DNA of 63,162 nucleotides, counting the filler, from Perkinsus chesapeaki ATCC PRA-425 (taxonomy: Eukaryota > Protista > Perkinsozoa): the NCBI GenBank assembly GCA_013115145.1. It is 14 parts of 14 records of this genome, joined end to end, with 100 filler letters (N's around TTAATTAATTAA, not from the genome) between each part and the next. Parts side by side here need not be neighbours in the genome. Positions count along the whole stretch, not along the records: positions 25,244 to 46,679 come from JAAPAO010000594.1; positions 46,780 to 47,909 come from JAAPAO010002171.1; positions 48,010 to 50,979 come from JAAPAO010001486.1; positions 51,080 to 52,138 come from JAAPAO010002240.1; positions 52,239 to 55,503 come from JAAPAO010001439.1; positions 55,604 to 58,066 come from JAAPAO010001596.1; positions 58,167 to 59,501 come from JAAPAO010002033.1; 7 more parts are not named here. One strand, given 5' to 3'. How positions within the stretch are numbered: the stretch's first letter is position 1; every line of letters begins with the position of its first letter. The notes beneath the pieces were generated by a model. The model was not told the origin of the DNA. It saw nothing but the letters and a program-made list of their open reading frames with translations, and searched no databases. Positions 44,199 to 58,489 of the stretch are shown here, in pieces. Made by a program: the position numbers and the translations under genes.

Positions 44199-46573
44199 TC
44201 CTCTGACGATTCCAATTCTCATACCGCTCCTTCCTTCAGACGGCCAAATTTGGTTGGTGACTCTCCTCGTCGTGGGGGCGGTAGAAGGCCCAGGGGCAGG
44301 AGACCCGGTAGCGGCGCGGCTAAAGGAGCAGGAAACAAAGGTGAGCACCAACTTCTTGAGCGTTTCTGATTTTATATCGTCCAGATGATACAGCTGAGAA
44401 GAAGGCAGACTAGGCCTAATGATACCGCTCTCTGCTTCATCAGCTCTTATATGTTGATATTACAGTATGCAGTTTTCTTGGTTGTCGTATTGTACGACAC
44501 AGACTTACCAAGAAGGCATCGCGTGTTAGCAGAAGTGTTTACACATCCCTGGCTTCATTCTTAGCAGCCTGCGTAGGACCGTATCTTTGTTCAGTGACAC
44601 TACGCCGTGCAACGCAGGATTTCAGTTGTTACACGTGCCGTTTCTTCCTGTGCTTCGTTCTTCAGTGCCGTTATTCGGCTTTTGCACAGCAAGAAAAGTA
44701 TCACCTCAATGCCTTGTGTTGTCAAGTTTACGGATCAACCTATTCGAGATGACGAACCTACTGAGAGCAATCCCAGTCGATTCGGGTAGAGAAAACGGTC
44801 ATCTACCCTCGCGGAAATGCGAAAGGCGCTCGTTGCGAGTAGCGAAGAATAACGGTGCCCACGAGTGCACGCGTGCGTGTCATATTCTTGTGGTGTGGAA
44901 CACAAGTCGAGGAACAAAAGCCAAAAAGTGTAGCTAATGAAAACATGGAGAATAAAGAAACACCAATCGCACTTCTTCCGGGAAAACGTCATGTCATTCA
45001 ATGGCTCTCTGAATACTTTGATATATCTGGTATGTAAAGTGCATGTTAATGAAGACGCGACAAGACTATCGAGTTACAAGTTTCGAGAAGTATGTGAATT
45101 TGTATATCTGCAAGAACACCAGGCCGATTCACTAATGTTTCCACTGACCGCTCTCCGTCGTTTACACGTATGCACGAGTAGGTCCAGTAATCGAGGAGCT
45201 CAGGGCCGCCGGGTAGAATTAATTACCAAGTACAGGAATAGAGCTCAGAGACCTCCTCGTGGTTGCTCTTGTATAAGCGGGGACGTCATCAAGGTTGCGT
45301 TCCCTACGTGGGCTTGGATTAGAGTCTTCTCTGAGTAGCACGGAGGGCATGCGTTTGCAGCGTTTTGTTGGATGCGACGGAGCAGAGAAGCACCCTGTCT
45401 CTCTCTATCAACCAACCCAGTCCGTCGCGGCGCATCCTGAGTTGCTATCACTTTTACAGCCCTAAGCTTCGAAAATATTGGAGAATTCAAACCCATCGTA
45501 AAAATTCTTCCAAGTCTCCAGATTATTTACGCTTCTTTACAGGGCTCTAATGGGACTTGATTTGAATCCCATTTCAGCCCTGCTTCCGGCCACCTATACG
45601 ATGGCTCAGGCGTTCAACTTGATAGATATCATCCACTTGCTCGACATTGAGCATGCCAACCGTTCTCCGGCATTTCACGAGGTGGTTCATTAATGAAGTC
45701 TGGGAGATCTGATATCGCACGATGAGATATCGCTAAGATTCCTATCCATGGGGAGCTCCACACCAGACACCCTCAACGGTTCTGCGCCAGCTATAGAAGT
45801 GTACTCTTTTTAAAGATTAGCAAGCTACTTCTGCCCTTCGCCAAAAGTTGTCTGATCATGACCAGTTTCGCCCCTGCCACGCAGTGGGAAGACTCAGTCT
45901 CAGGGTCAAACGTGTCATCGCCTTCTGGTACTCAATCGATTGTAAGAAATCGTATTTTGGCATTCCGGTTTGGAGAGCAGCAGCCTGGTTCCTCCCGTTG
46001 ATTCCCATAATAAAAATCCTGTATATAATGGCGCATCCCCAATGATTTTATGAATAAACTGATCTTGCACACCATAACATCTCTGACTAGTCTCGTATGC
46101 TTTGATCACGAGGTCAAAGATATCCGAAATGGCGATCGGTGAAAACAGTTTATATTTCGTCATACCCATGTGGCCTGAAGCTAGTTTATTATCAAATTAT
46201 GGGGTGGTTAGTATCCTCTTGGCATTAGCATGCTCTTGAAGAGGCACCTGCACATTGAGGGAGGTGAGGCAATTCTTCAATAAGCATCCCTGTCCTGTCT
46301 CCGCGACGTGACGATAGTGTATCGCACATATTCGCATAAGTATCTGAATGGAGCTGATCACGAGCCACTCGACAGTAGTCGCAGAATAAAAGATATAGTC
46401 GAATGATGAACACTCAAACAACAACTAGAAACTACGGATCTCGTCGAGCTTATGATCGGGCTATTTTCAGGCTTACTCTTCGTCGACTAACTCTCCACGT
46501 GCTTCATCGCAACATCGCTTCCGCAACTGACGTGCTGGTTGACGTCAGCACTATCCCAGACCTTGCGCGATTG

Positions 46574-46679
46574 GTGACCGTCTCCCACGGAGACCCTCCA
46601 TTGGCTGAGTAGACGTGACCTCACCACGTCACGCCTGGTGACGTAGCCGCGTCACCAGTGACGTATTCATCCAACAAGT
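46574..46679 (-). repeat. 106-bp inverted repeat, right copy (contig end)
   Basis: Reverse complement of 25244-25349 with one mismatch. Confidence 0.95.
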
Positions 46680-48009
46680 NNNNNNNNNNNNNNNNNNNNN
46701 NNNNNNNNNNNNNNNNNNNNNNNTTAATTAATTAANNNNNNNNNNNNNNNNNNNNNNNNNNNNNNNNNNNNNNNNNNNNGATGCTCAACTTGGAATGGAA
46801 GTATAAGACGGCATTCAACGCTCGACCAATTAAGCCTTTCTTGGTGAGCACTCTACTGTATACTGCGCGGAACCTTAGTTGTGGCCTTCCTGCAGGGGAA
46901 TGTCGGAACAATCCGCTCACTCTCTATCCCAGCCGGTGGCTTATTCGCCTCTGTAACAGTAAGACTTCTCCTCCTCATTGTGGGGAAATTGCGAGGATAC
47001 TCTATCAGATATTTGGCGCTGGTCACTTTGCCGATACTGACAAGCCACAAGAAGTTTACAAGATGCTAGACCTCTTCTACAATGGCGACATGCTTTAAGT
47101 TTAGTGGGCTCTGCTTGAACCCTTATTCATGCTCGCGATAGGCGCACCTTGAGTATCAAAAAAGCCGATGTCGACTTTCCGTCACCTTTTCTCGGCGCGT
47201 TTCATTAATACCATCATTTAAACAAGGCTCCTGCATTTGAGTTCTGTTCACATGCGGAACAAAGGGTGAGCCCTGACTCTAGTGTCACTAGCGATGATCA
47301 GAGAAAAGTCAACCATGGATGAGTCTGCGTACTCCGACTGCGTCAACCTGTCAAACTCTCGATGTGCCGCATATTCTCAAGGAGAGTTCTTGCAATAGCA
47401 GTTCGAAGAAGACAAAGGAATGCACAAAGTCGCAGAGAGTATCTTGAGGAGACACAATAGGCAAGAAGTGTTTCATCATCACATTACAAAAACTAGCGTG
47501 CAACTTCGCGACAAGAGATACAAAGAAGCTACGTACGAAATAGAGTTAGGCACAAACGTATGGCCGTAAGCCTCTCATTAATCCATACATGCTTTGAATT
47601 CTACCTCGTCCAGCAACAGCGAGAGGGAATTCCCTATGGTGAAGTCACCAAACGCCTGGGATTCACTCTTGCGAACAGTAGGTTCGGTTAGGAATACATG
47701 AAATAATGAACGCACACATATTCCCCACGTGGTAGTTTCCATGCAGTTACACTTTTGGCGTTCCATTGCAGAGCGGCTACAGTCTCGCACTTGAATCTCA
47801 CTTCTTCTAGACGTATTTCCAATTATCTCATCCTTTGAACCATTCATCCTTTGTGAATTAGAGTTTAGTGGCAGGCGAAACGACGCTGAACTCCGAACTC
47901 AAATGCCACNNNNNNNNNNNNNNNNNNNNNNNNNNNNNNNNNNNNNNNNNNNNTTAATTAATTAANNNNNNNNNNNNNNNNNNNNNNNNNNNNNNNNNNN
48001 NNNNNNNNN

Positions 48010-50979
48010 ATCTGCAGGGACTAAAATTCTACAAGCTCGCATCTCATTATCATTATCTAATCAACACAGCATTAATCACCGGACGGACCTTATAGTTAGT
48101 ATTCTTAACATAAAGGTCATCAGCAAGAGATTCCGCTCTACCAGCAGGGAAACATACAACAACAGGAACATTAGGGTGGCTCTTCACCTCAGTTTCAGTA
48201 ACTTCTTGCCAACAGTTGGAATGTGCCGCTGAAGTTTACGCAACCTGAGAAGGCTCTCATTGGTAAATTGGTGAAGTTACTGCAAAAGGAGATGGCTGGT
48301 ATTGGATCTACTCAGGCATGTATCCATGATTCTGTTAAATGTGATGATTCAGTCCTTACGCTCACAAGTGATGCGAGTCTAGAAGGATATGGGTTTTGTA
48401 TCGCATCTGGTCGTGATGATATTATTATTAAATCATCGGCTAAGCCTTGGAATCCACGACATCATGGTGCGTCGTGGCATTCTAATCGCCGGGAGCTGTA
48501 TGCCTTTTTCCAGTGCGCTACTGCTGCTGACCCTATTATTCGAGGCTCGGTCAAAGGTCGTTTACTAGAAGTTTGTTGCTATATGGATAACGAGGCATCA
48601 CTATCCTGGTTAAGAAAAGGATGTCCTGGTGTTAAGGGTATGGAACGAGTAGCTGTTCGCCGACTAGTAACCACGATCAGAGATCTCCTTCTGAGTTGGG
48701 AGGAAGATTGTCATGTGAAGATATCTCTTATCCACATTGAGGGTAGTAAAAACGTGAACGAACTCAACGTGTAGATTCTTACTCACGTCTTATGTCCTTT
48801 TATAGGATACAGTCCATAGTGAATACTATGGAATCGACATTGCCTTCTTTGGACGATAATTTGGTTTTAGCTTCATCCTCTATTCGTGCTAATGAGTCTG
48901 ATAATGTCCAGTCTCTAATGACGATAGATGGTATGAATCTTTGGGGCGAACTCCGCAAGTTAGTGTCCGATCAGACTCGTGCACAGTTAGATTTGGACCA
49001 GACCTGCTGGAACGGGGCTCCTCTTATGGCCATGGTGAGATCCGGTGTTCCGGACACTCTTTCGCCCAGGTTTCAGGTCGTTAATAGCCCTGAGTATTTG
49101 TTTTTGGTACTTAATACTAAGTTGGGTACTAGAGTTTATATTCCTCCCGATGGAGGTGAGTATGAACTGAGAAGTCGTCTGTTGTCTTTAGCTCATGATC
49201 CCGTCAGTCAAAACTCTTCGATCTAAATGAAAATCAAACTGGGCCGGTACTTCTGGTGGCCTGGAATGATGAGTAGTTGCTCGGAGCCAGTACGATCCTG
49301 TCTGGGATGCGACATGGAGAGGCAACGACATGTGAGAGGGACTGGGTTTAGTGAAACTGTTGTCACTAAGCGTTTCCAAGTTCTCTTTATTGACTTCGCT
49401 GGCCCTTGTGATGCATGGTATTATTATGATCCCGTTACAGGTGCCNNNNNNNNNNNNNNNNNNNNNNNNNNNNNNNNNNNNNNNNNNNNNNNNNNNNNNN
49501 NNNNNNNNNNNNNNNNNNNNNNNNNNNNNNNNNNNNNNNNNNCCTCATTGCAGAATTGCTCTGTATGCATTATGATGCATAGTTGCTCGAACTACGTGGA
49601 GTTAATGGTTTGCAAAACTCAAGATGTTTCGACGACAGTGAGTTTGATAATAGACCACTGGATTCGAAGGTATGGTATTCCTTTGGTCATTCGTTCTGAT
49701 CGGGGATCTTCTTTCTGTAGCCGTGTTATGAAAGCTTTCTATGATAAGCTTCATATTGAACATCGTAGTTCTGCTGGGCATCATGCTGAGAGTCAAGGAC
49801 AAGTGGAAGCTATTGTCAAGTTAGTTAAGAGACTTCTAGAACGTCTGGTTACTTCTAATCTTAATGTAGTGCCACTACTGCAGCGCAGTATTAATACTTT
49901 GGTTCGTTATCCATCTGCGTCAAGAGAGATGTCATGGACACCGGAGGTTCTACTTTATGGTGAGGCCACTCAAGGCCCGTTAGAAATTCTTCTTGAGTCT
50001 GACAGGTTTAGATATCATGATGGTATATTGCCTGCTGAACAACCGGCTGAAGTTGCTGTTAAGGTCAAGGATATTGTCACTCAGTTTTGCGAAGCTTGGT
50101 CTCAAGAGGTCTCAATCATTCGTGCAAAAGGTGTTGATCGCCTCAATGCTAAAGGTGGTATCACTCATAACGAACTGGTTGAATCTCTCTCTGAAGGTGC
50201 TCTCGTTTTCAGGGTACTCAGAGACGGATTAGGACGTTCCAAATGTACTGGCCCATTTATCGTTGAGAAGCTGGAAGCTAATAATTGTGTTAAGGTTTAT
50301 GGTATGGACACTTTTATTCCCTTGCATCAAGTGAGGTTATGTCACAGTGATCCAACTTCTACTCAGGGTTGTGGTTTTGAAATTGTTCAGCCCGATCCGC
50401 ATGGTCTGTTGCCTCGACCTCGTGAGCAAATCCCTACTGGTGCTAAGATTATGTTTCTGGTCGTTGAGTGGTATGATGACAAAGAAACATGGTGTTATGA
50501 CTTGGCCATTGTGAAACGAAATGTCTATCCTAAGTTTTTTGTTAGGCGTCTCCTAATGGATGATGCTAACCAATGGAGTGACTGTGGAGCTCAATATAAT
50601 ATTTGGATTCATTCTTCACAGATTATTGGAGAAGTCCAGCTCACCAGTAGAGGCCGCATCACTCAAGTATGTCGCAGGGAATTACAAAGAGCTGGTATTC
50701 CTGCTTGACTTATAGTGTTCCGGCCTGGGGGGCGTGTAAAGGATGCTGCCCTTGTGTAATTCGAATTGTGTTGCGAGCTGTGGGACAAGTATCTTAGCTC
50801 CTCAAGCTAGACTGTTAATTCACTAACATCATAATTACTATTGTTATCTGTCAATATATATTAATTGAGTTAATCATAATGGGTTCTTCCAACGACGAAA
50901 CCTTAGAACTAGACCATTCCAGCAATCTGCAGGAACTAAAATTCTACAAGCTCGCATCTCATTATCATTATCTAATCAA
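48010..50979 (+). mobile_element. Degenerate LTR retrotransposon (RNase H plus integrase, LTR fragments at both contig ends)
   Basis: RNase H motifs (TSDASLEGYG, HSNRRELYA, YMDNEAS, HIEGSKN), integrase zinc finger (LAHD...YFWWPGM...CLGC) and catalytic core (IRSDRGSSF, ESQGQVE). A purine tract GGGGGGCG precedes TGTAAAGG at 50735. A 55-bp direct repeat lies at 48010-48064 and 50925-50979. Frames are broken. Confidence 0.85.
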
Positions 50980-51079
50980 NNNNNNNNNNNNNNNNNNNNN
51001 NNNNNNNNNNNNNNNNNNNNNNNTTAATTAATTAANNNNNNNNNNNNNNNNNNNNNNNNNNNNNNNNNNNNNNNNNNNN

Positions 51080-52020
51080 ATTGCAACTTCACCTCCTTGT
51101 GTGAATTCAATCTCGTACCCAATAAACTTAGTTGGATTCTCATTGATACATACTTTTTCAAGTTGAAGTTTAAAACCAAAAGTCAGCCATAATAGTACAG
51201 TCACCAATGCCGAAGAACTGGTGACATCTCCTCGGAAAAATTGAACGAGATCGTCAACATATAGTAGACCGCCGCTTTGAGATTGACGAGGATACATTGT
51301 TGATAGAATACAATTTATCATACGATGGCACATGCCACTTACTCGAGAAAATATATATGGGGAAGATTTTAGACCAAACGGCAGAACTAGATGTTGGGCG
51401 AACAACTTTGACGTTTTAACATTCAACAAGTGGGCTTCCCTACTACATACAGGAATATGCCGAAATGCATTAGCTAAATCGAGTTTAAGGCACCACGCTT
51501 GTTCGCCCTGTTTTAGTATAGAGGTTAACGTCTCAGTTACATCCTGCAACTTTGGAAGTAAGATAGTTTGGGGCACTCTACAATTTTGATTTAACAGGCT
51601 ACGCGTGTAGTCTTCAATCAAACGATAATGAGACGTAGTACGATCACACACATTTACAGGAGCATTAGATTTTACAAGGAGCGCCATGGGAGCAAAAACT
51701 CTTGATTGTGAATCATCCTTAGATAGCCATTTCATAAATCCACGGGCGACTTCGTCCTGGAATTTTTGGTTCACAATTTCCTCATTCTCGGCTATACTCT
51801 TGTAGTTTTTACGAACAGGGAAAATATTTCTGGGACATTTATTTTTGGCTGAGGGCCAGTAGTTAGAATAGGGTATAGAGGAGGTCACACCAATTGAAGC
51901 TCCAACCGTGAGAATATCATAAATAGCATTTATTTCGGAGTGATCCACATCAAACAATTCCATAAAAAACTTGAAGACATTAGGACGAAGAGACGTGGCA
52001 GGGTGGCTAGCAACTTTCAC
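51080..52020 (-). mobile_element. Reverse transcriptase fragment, DIRS-like
   Basis: YRLIEDY, KLDLANAFRHIPV, VLPFGLKSSPYIF and YVDD are RT motifs in DIRS-type spacing. Confidence 0.85.
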
Positions 52021-55000
52021 GAAAGTACTCGGTGCAATATTATTAGCCAGCTCGCTGCTCGCTAATATGAAAGCGTTAATCTTACTTTGGTCGCTTAGAT
52101 CAGATATAGCAGTTGTCAGATCATACTTATAGATGATANNNNNNNNNNNNNNNNNNNNNNNNNNNNNNNNNNNNNNNNNNNNTTAATTAATTAANNNNNN
52201 NNNNNNNNNNNNNNNNNNNNNNNNNNNNNNNNNNNNNNGCTATCCATGATGTGGTCTGCAAAATGTCAAACCGGCACTTATATGGGATACACCAATGGGA
52301 AGCAGCAGTGCTTACAAGTCCGCTTGAATTACAATACAAGCAGGGAACTGATGGAGGTCGAGTTGGCCGTTCGCTGCAGAGGTCAGCTGGTTGGTTCACC
52401 TGAGTTGGATTATATCAGGACTGTCCGCCAAACTCCGTATATGCTCAAAGCTAACAGTCAGGATAATATGGACGGTTATTTGAATAATGTGTATCACCAG
52501 TGCCAACTAAAGCGCTCTCCTGCTCCCCATACCGACTTCGAGAGACTTTTCACCAATGGCGACTATATATCAATGGTGGAATTCAATGGCAGGATGGTCA
52601 GTCTGAAGAGAGGCAAATGCTAACTGATATGGCCGGAATCCGAGCTCATCTTTAATGAAGACATCCAGTCGAATAGCTGGTCCTCTAGACAGTCTAGACT
52701 AGACTAGCGGCTTGAAATGTCTACAGTATATCTTTTTTACTTGATTTATTGAACCAGCGTGTCTGGTTCAACCCGATGGGCTGATATCATCAGCCCATCG
52801 GGTTTCTATTATCAGCCTGATAACGAAGTGTAATCCCGTCTGTCTATCTAGCCTAACTAATGGTCGCAGTTATACCAGGGTTAATGGTTCACTAAAACCG
52901 ATGAGACTCATGCTAGGAGCCCATAAGAAGGTATTTAAGACACGGAGTCACAGGGTGGCTGCCACTCAATTCACTTGAGTCAAATGACCCCCTTTTTTCT
53001 ATGAATCGCGACGAGTCGTGTTTTTATAGTAATTTTTTTATCCTAGATTTTAGCAACTTGACAACGCCGCCATTTAAACGCGGCGCTGGCAACTAATGAT
53101 TGGTTAACCAGCTCTTCAGCACTACTTCTCGTACTCAAACTAAATGAGCTTAAAAAAACTCTCGTAGCCTAGGTTCTAGTTAGGCTTCTCGTAGGTTGCT
53201 GCATCCGAGCCTGCTTTGCTGGGTTGGACTCTATGGGTTGAAACCAATGGGTTCGTATTGTCCGTCTATAGGCGGGTGAACTCTTGAGAATCGTCTCAGT
53301 TTTTTCAACGACCATCCAGGCGATGGGCGGTCCACACCCGATATGGTATCCTCGCGGTCCATCGGATGGACTCCACCCTGAGGCTGATAGTCGGTGGAAA
53401 CTGCCTACTCTATATAAACTACTCGATGCATGATGCCTCGTAACACAGTTCGCATATCTGCCACAATCTAACGACCGATTGCGAAGCAAAGCCGAATCCT
53501 GAGTGCTGAGCAAGTCGGGCTCAATGGCATTGAGCTCAACTGAGGGAATTGCCAGAGCGAGCGTCGAACTGGTTTTAAAACAACAAGATGATGAGACCAG
53601 AAAATGAACTCTCTCTGAAAGGCAAATACTTCTTGCCGAATAATATCAAGGATATCAACCCACTAATACCATAAAATGAAATGAGAGCTCGTCAAGCACA
53701 TTAGTTTTGATTAGTTTAGTTCGAACATAGGAAGTCCTTCTGAGAAGGAGTTTTAATAAAGGAAATCACTTTAGCGGAAAAGCTGTTTTGTACTTGACAC
53801 AGTTGTACAGCAACTACTGCACTGCAGTAGTACTGTCAATGTGCAACTGTGCACTATTGTACTAGTACTGCGACTAGTACAATAGTCTATCAGTAATAAA
53901 CTCTACAAGGTGGCCATTGCGACTTTCCAAGTCAAAGAGGCTCTTGGAGCCTCCAGGTCAGTGATGACTTCGCCGTACTCAGGGATGGAAGAGCGAAACT
54001 CACATGTGAGCGAAGCAAAAAACATCGCAAAGTTTCGGACTCAAAACCCTGCGGCTGAGTGGCGGTCACTCAGACAGAACTCCTGTTAGGTGTATATCGT
54101 CCGAAGACTGAGAACTGACCATCAAACGAGCCGCTGGAAGTACATTCGACAGAGCGGAACGGAGAAGTAATCTCACCACGAAGCTCAGCGTGTATCACTC
54201 ACAAAAAATATCTTACAACAACACACACAGAAACATAACTTTCGGTGGCGTATGGAACATCACGCGGCCGGATGTCAAGAAGGATGTTGAACGAGAAAGC
54301 AAGGGTTACAAAGACGACGAAACAAACAGTGAACTACTGGTTATAAAAAGGGTATATAGGACCTTAAATGCGAACGTTCTATACGAACAAACCAGAACAA
54401 TGAGAATGGTCGTTCACCGGTCATTTCTCCTCGACACTGAGCTTGAACATAGGTATCTATTATACTCGGCGACCTTCCAAACGGGGCCGAGCACCTAGAG
54501 CAAGGACAATGGTTAAGAAAACCCTCCAGAGAGACCAGGCTCGTGCCAGCAAGAGTCCAACTGAATCTATGTCAGGGATTGGGGCCTCAGTGAGGCCGCC
54601 TCACATATTGCGTTGTATTTTATGGAGCTCGAACAATTCACTGTAATGCGTCCGAGCCAGGTGGTAATGTGACAAGGTACAAGAAGGAATTCTCAAAGTA
54701 GACATAGTGGCTTTTGTGTGTGCGTGCAGTTGTAGAGACAGCTGGCTGTCAAGACATTGCTAGAGGTTCATTGTTATATTACTATTTCTACTATTAACTC
54801 GTCTTATGAGAACGGTCGCTGCAAAAAACTGTATCTTTTTGTGAGAACCTGAGTCCTGCGCAGCAGGCTGACTCCGAGTCGGAGTTGTGGAATAAACAAC
54901 TCAACAAGAGCCGTTTAAAGGTGGTTCTGATAAAGTTTTAATACATACAATAATAGTGGTTGCGCTAGGCTAAGGAAAAGGAGACAGCGCGCACAATAAA

Positions 55001-58000
55001 AGATACCAATTGTATGCACATTTCATCACAGGAGTCTTCGACTGTAGACGTCCCGACTTCGCCCACGAACTTGGCGCCACTCAGGAGACTAGTCGTGCTC
55101 ACGGAGCGCTGGAAAGGTGGGCCTGAGACTGTCTATGGCTCTCTGCAATCATGGAGGTCATAGGACACACCATCATCATCATGATTGAGCTCGGATAAGA
55201 GCGGGAGAACGGCCAAGCGGGCAACTTGACCGTTGTCTACTATACGCGCCATGAACCGCAATGAAGGCACTCCGGGACGCAGGTCGAATGTGCCACTCTA
55301 AGACATTAATAACAAGTTATACGACCCCCCTATTGCTCGCTCTGCGATGGAACACCGGAGTCTATCATTATCATAAGCAGGGCTCACGCTACATCGTCGT
55401 GAGGTATCCTGCGCCAAAAGCATTGAGAGCCCACAGAGGCAAGGCCACCTTGGCAATGGACTCGTGCGCTTCTGTAAAATAGAGGCACATGGAGGCCTGA
55501 TCGNNNNNNNNNNNNNNNNNNNNNNNNNNNNNNNNNNNNNNNNNNNNTTAATTAATTAANNNNNNNNNNNNNNNNNNNNNNNNNNNNNNNNNNNNNNNNN
55601 NNNATACAACCGAAATACTACTCGTGCCGCCAGCTGACCCTTTTCCCGAAATCCGTGCAGAGGTGCTCATTTCACCGGCTGGATTGGCCATCGTGGTTTC
55701 AGTTTGAGAGCCTCCGCACGTGCATTTGTTTCAGGTGGAACGTCTCGAAAGGAAGCGAGAGAAATTCGAAGCAGAAGAAATATTAGCGAGCGCGCAGAAA
55801 ATGTCCCTAATGGAGAGTCCAAACTCCATTCCTTTTGCCGTACGAGTTATTCCTCCGCCATCTATTGATATTGGACTGATCAAAAGAAGGATTGACGAGC
55901 TTGAAATGCATCGGCACCAGAGAGAATTAAAGATATTTCAGAATGCTCACAAGGACCAAACAGGAAGAGCTACAGCAAGTAGAATACTGTGAACGGGCCT
56001 TTTCTGTGGTTTATGTGTAATTTATGTAGTAACTTCTTTTACCGCTGATCCACTGTCGCTCAGAGTCGGCAGTGTGGGCCCCTACCCTCGAATTGTCGAC
56101 TTAGTGGCAGGCATGGAGGGTCGCAGAGATGCTGCTGAATCCTCCTTACGTCGCCAATATCATGATGCAGGCCTAGTAGATGGTTCTAGTAGGATTGCTG
56201 TAAACCTGGCTGCCGAGGACGCGAATCGGGTCTATGGACGAAGCCTTCGAGTGAACTTGTATCCTCCAGAGGTACCGGATACCCTTCGCGAACCATAACT
56301 TCTGGTTCCCAGGAAAGCACATCTGATGTCCTCCAGTCAATCGATCTCCTCGAGAAATTGGAAAATGAGAGTCACAGTTAGTTGGCCTTTGTTTCCTGAC
56401 AGTTTATAATGTATTGATCCGCGTTCATAACTTATGAATCATAAGATATTGGTCGGATCAAAATACTGAAATTCCTTCATTCTTTGAGGGGATTTCTTTT
56501 TTTCAGTTGAGCTCATGGCTAGCATGCATCATTCCCACATAATCCGGCTTTTATCATTGAGCTGTGGTGTCTGGCAGACATTTACGCTCTACTTCCCTAC
56601 TGCAGGTGTAAGTGTAAAACTCAGATTAATCTAATTATGCGTTTAGCTTAGGCTCCGAGAGGTGCGCAGGGGAGCTATAAAGGGCTTGGTAGCACTCGTT
56701 CGAATTTTAGGACCAGTGGAGATTCATGTTCTTTACGAAGTACTGCTACACCTTTTCCTCGGCGCTTCATTCTCGTAACTGGTTTCAATGAAATAACCTG
56801 AGCTAGGTACCAGCTGGTGGACAAAACTCAAGAACTACAACGCCCCACGTTTATAGCTTGGTAGAAGAAACCCTGCTGGATGTAATGAGATACGACGACT
56901 ACACGATATACGTACAACATGGCTACTCTTTCAGCGTTGTCGCGAAATATCCATCACACATGGGTTGGATTGTTCGCGTGTGAGTTTCGTGCAAAAAGCA
57001 AGTTCTTCTAATCTTGAGGATCATCCAGCCGATCTTAATATTGCAATTGAAGATAACAGTGGAAGAGAGAGTCAGTCCATAAGGAATATGGTTCTTCGAA
57101 GAAACGGCTTCCATTTAGGCAATTACGACTTCGACGACCTTCATGACGAGTATACGAAAAATTTAGTGTCCCTGCGTCGTATTGAAGATGCTTGTAGCCA
57201 CTTATAGGCAGAATTTGATGCGATGCTTCTGCCTCAGTGTCCTCCTTCCCTACCTCACAATCTCAGCTGCTGCCTGGGTTTCTCCGTGGCTCTCTTAGTC
57301 TGGTATCTGTTCCTGGCTCGGTTCTGCCGCGAGTTTCTGCACTCCGGATAGCAGCAGGAGGAGAAATATCCAAGTAAGCGTATCCGTCGTCAAAGAAGTG
57401 TTTTCTAGCATTAATTACCCTATACCATAGGCAAGAGCTTCGGAAGCTCATCAGCATTTCCGGAGAGCGTAGCACCGCCAGTAAGCTCCGATCCAGTGGC
57501 GTGATCGACGCAGCAAAGACGCTAATGGAACGGGAATCCACTGACGCAGAACTTAAAGGTGAGAATTTATCGTATGATTTCAGCCTCAGTGGCCTCCTGG
57601 TTCATGCAGAGCTCTCATTTAGGCCTTGCTGGATCTCTCGTCACTCTGCTTACTGACCTTCCTATAACGAGTAACGTGGCAGAGGTATATAGCGGCACAA
57701 ATGGCCAGGTCGACGGTAGGTTTAAAAGAATATCAACAGCCTCGCGAAGGCATTGGAAGATTCTTCATCTTTGTGTCGTCATCAGTCGTAATTCCACGTC
57801 CATCACGAGTATATAAGTACTAGCTCCCAGATTGGAAGCCCTTTTTAGTGTTCTGTGCACCTTTTTCGTTCAACCGCATTGGTTACGGACTGTCATTACT
57901 GGATTGATCTCAGCTGACTCCCTTGCTGACATGCGCTACATATCCGCTTTGTTGGTCAGCTGGTTCGACCGAGCTGTGGGTAGCGGTCGTGTATCCGATG

Positions 58001-58489
58001 CTTTGAGACATATGTCGCTCCATTTCGATGAAGAAGCCCTTGCCAAAGTGGCTGCAGACCTCTCACNNNNNNNNNNNNNNNNNNNNNNNNNNNNNNNNNN
58101 NNNNNNNNNNTTAATTAATTAANNNNNNNNNNNNNNNNNNNNNNNNNNNNNNNNNNNNNNNNNNNNATTGAAGATGACATATTGTCGCTTCACTGTTGAG
58201 AACTGATAAAGTTTTTTGGCTGAATGCCTATTCAACTTCAAGCTTTGTGTTGTTATAATCAGTCAATTTAGACAAGGATATCATATGAGTAAACCGTATT
58301 TTCGGTAATACCGTAGAGCTAAGCAGTTACATAAGAAGGAAGCCACATCCGTAGCTCGAACGAATTTCGCCTTTCCAATCGATATTAATTACCAGCCTTG
58401 CTTCGGGCGATCGACTTCCACTCCGGCTTCTTAAAATGCCCGCTTTTGAATCGCCCGTTAACAGAAACAGCAGGGTCATATTATTATAT

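Noticed and set aside
44500-44565. EVFTHPWLH as a protein kinase C-terminus
   Set aside because: No upstream kinase motifs (HRD, DFG, APE) were found.
46781-47098. ORF as a non-LTR retrotransposon RT tail
   Set aside because: There is only a vague resemblance and no diagnostic motif.
54190-58066. Short ORFs in these contigs as annotated genes or transposases
   Set aside because: No recognisable domain or consistent splice model could be supported by eye.
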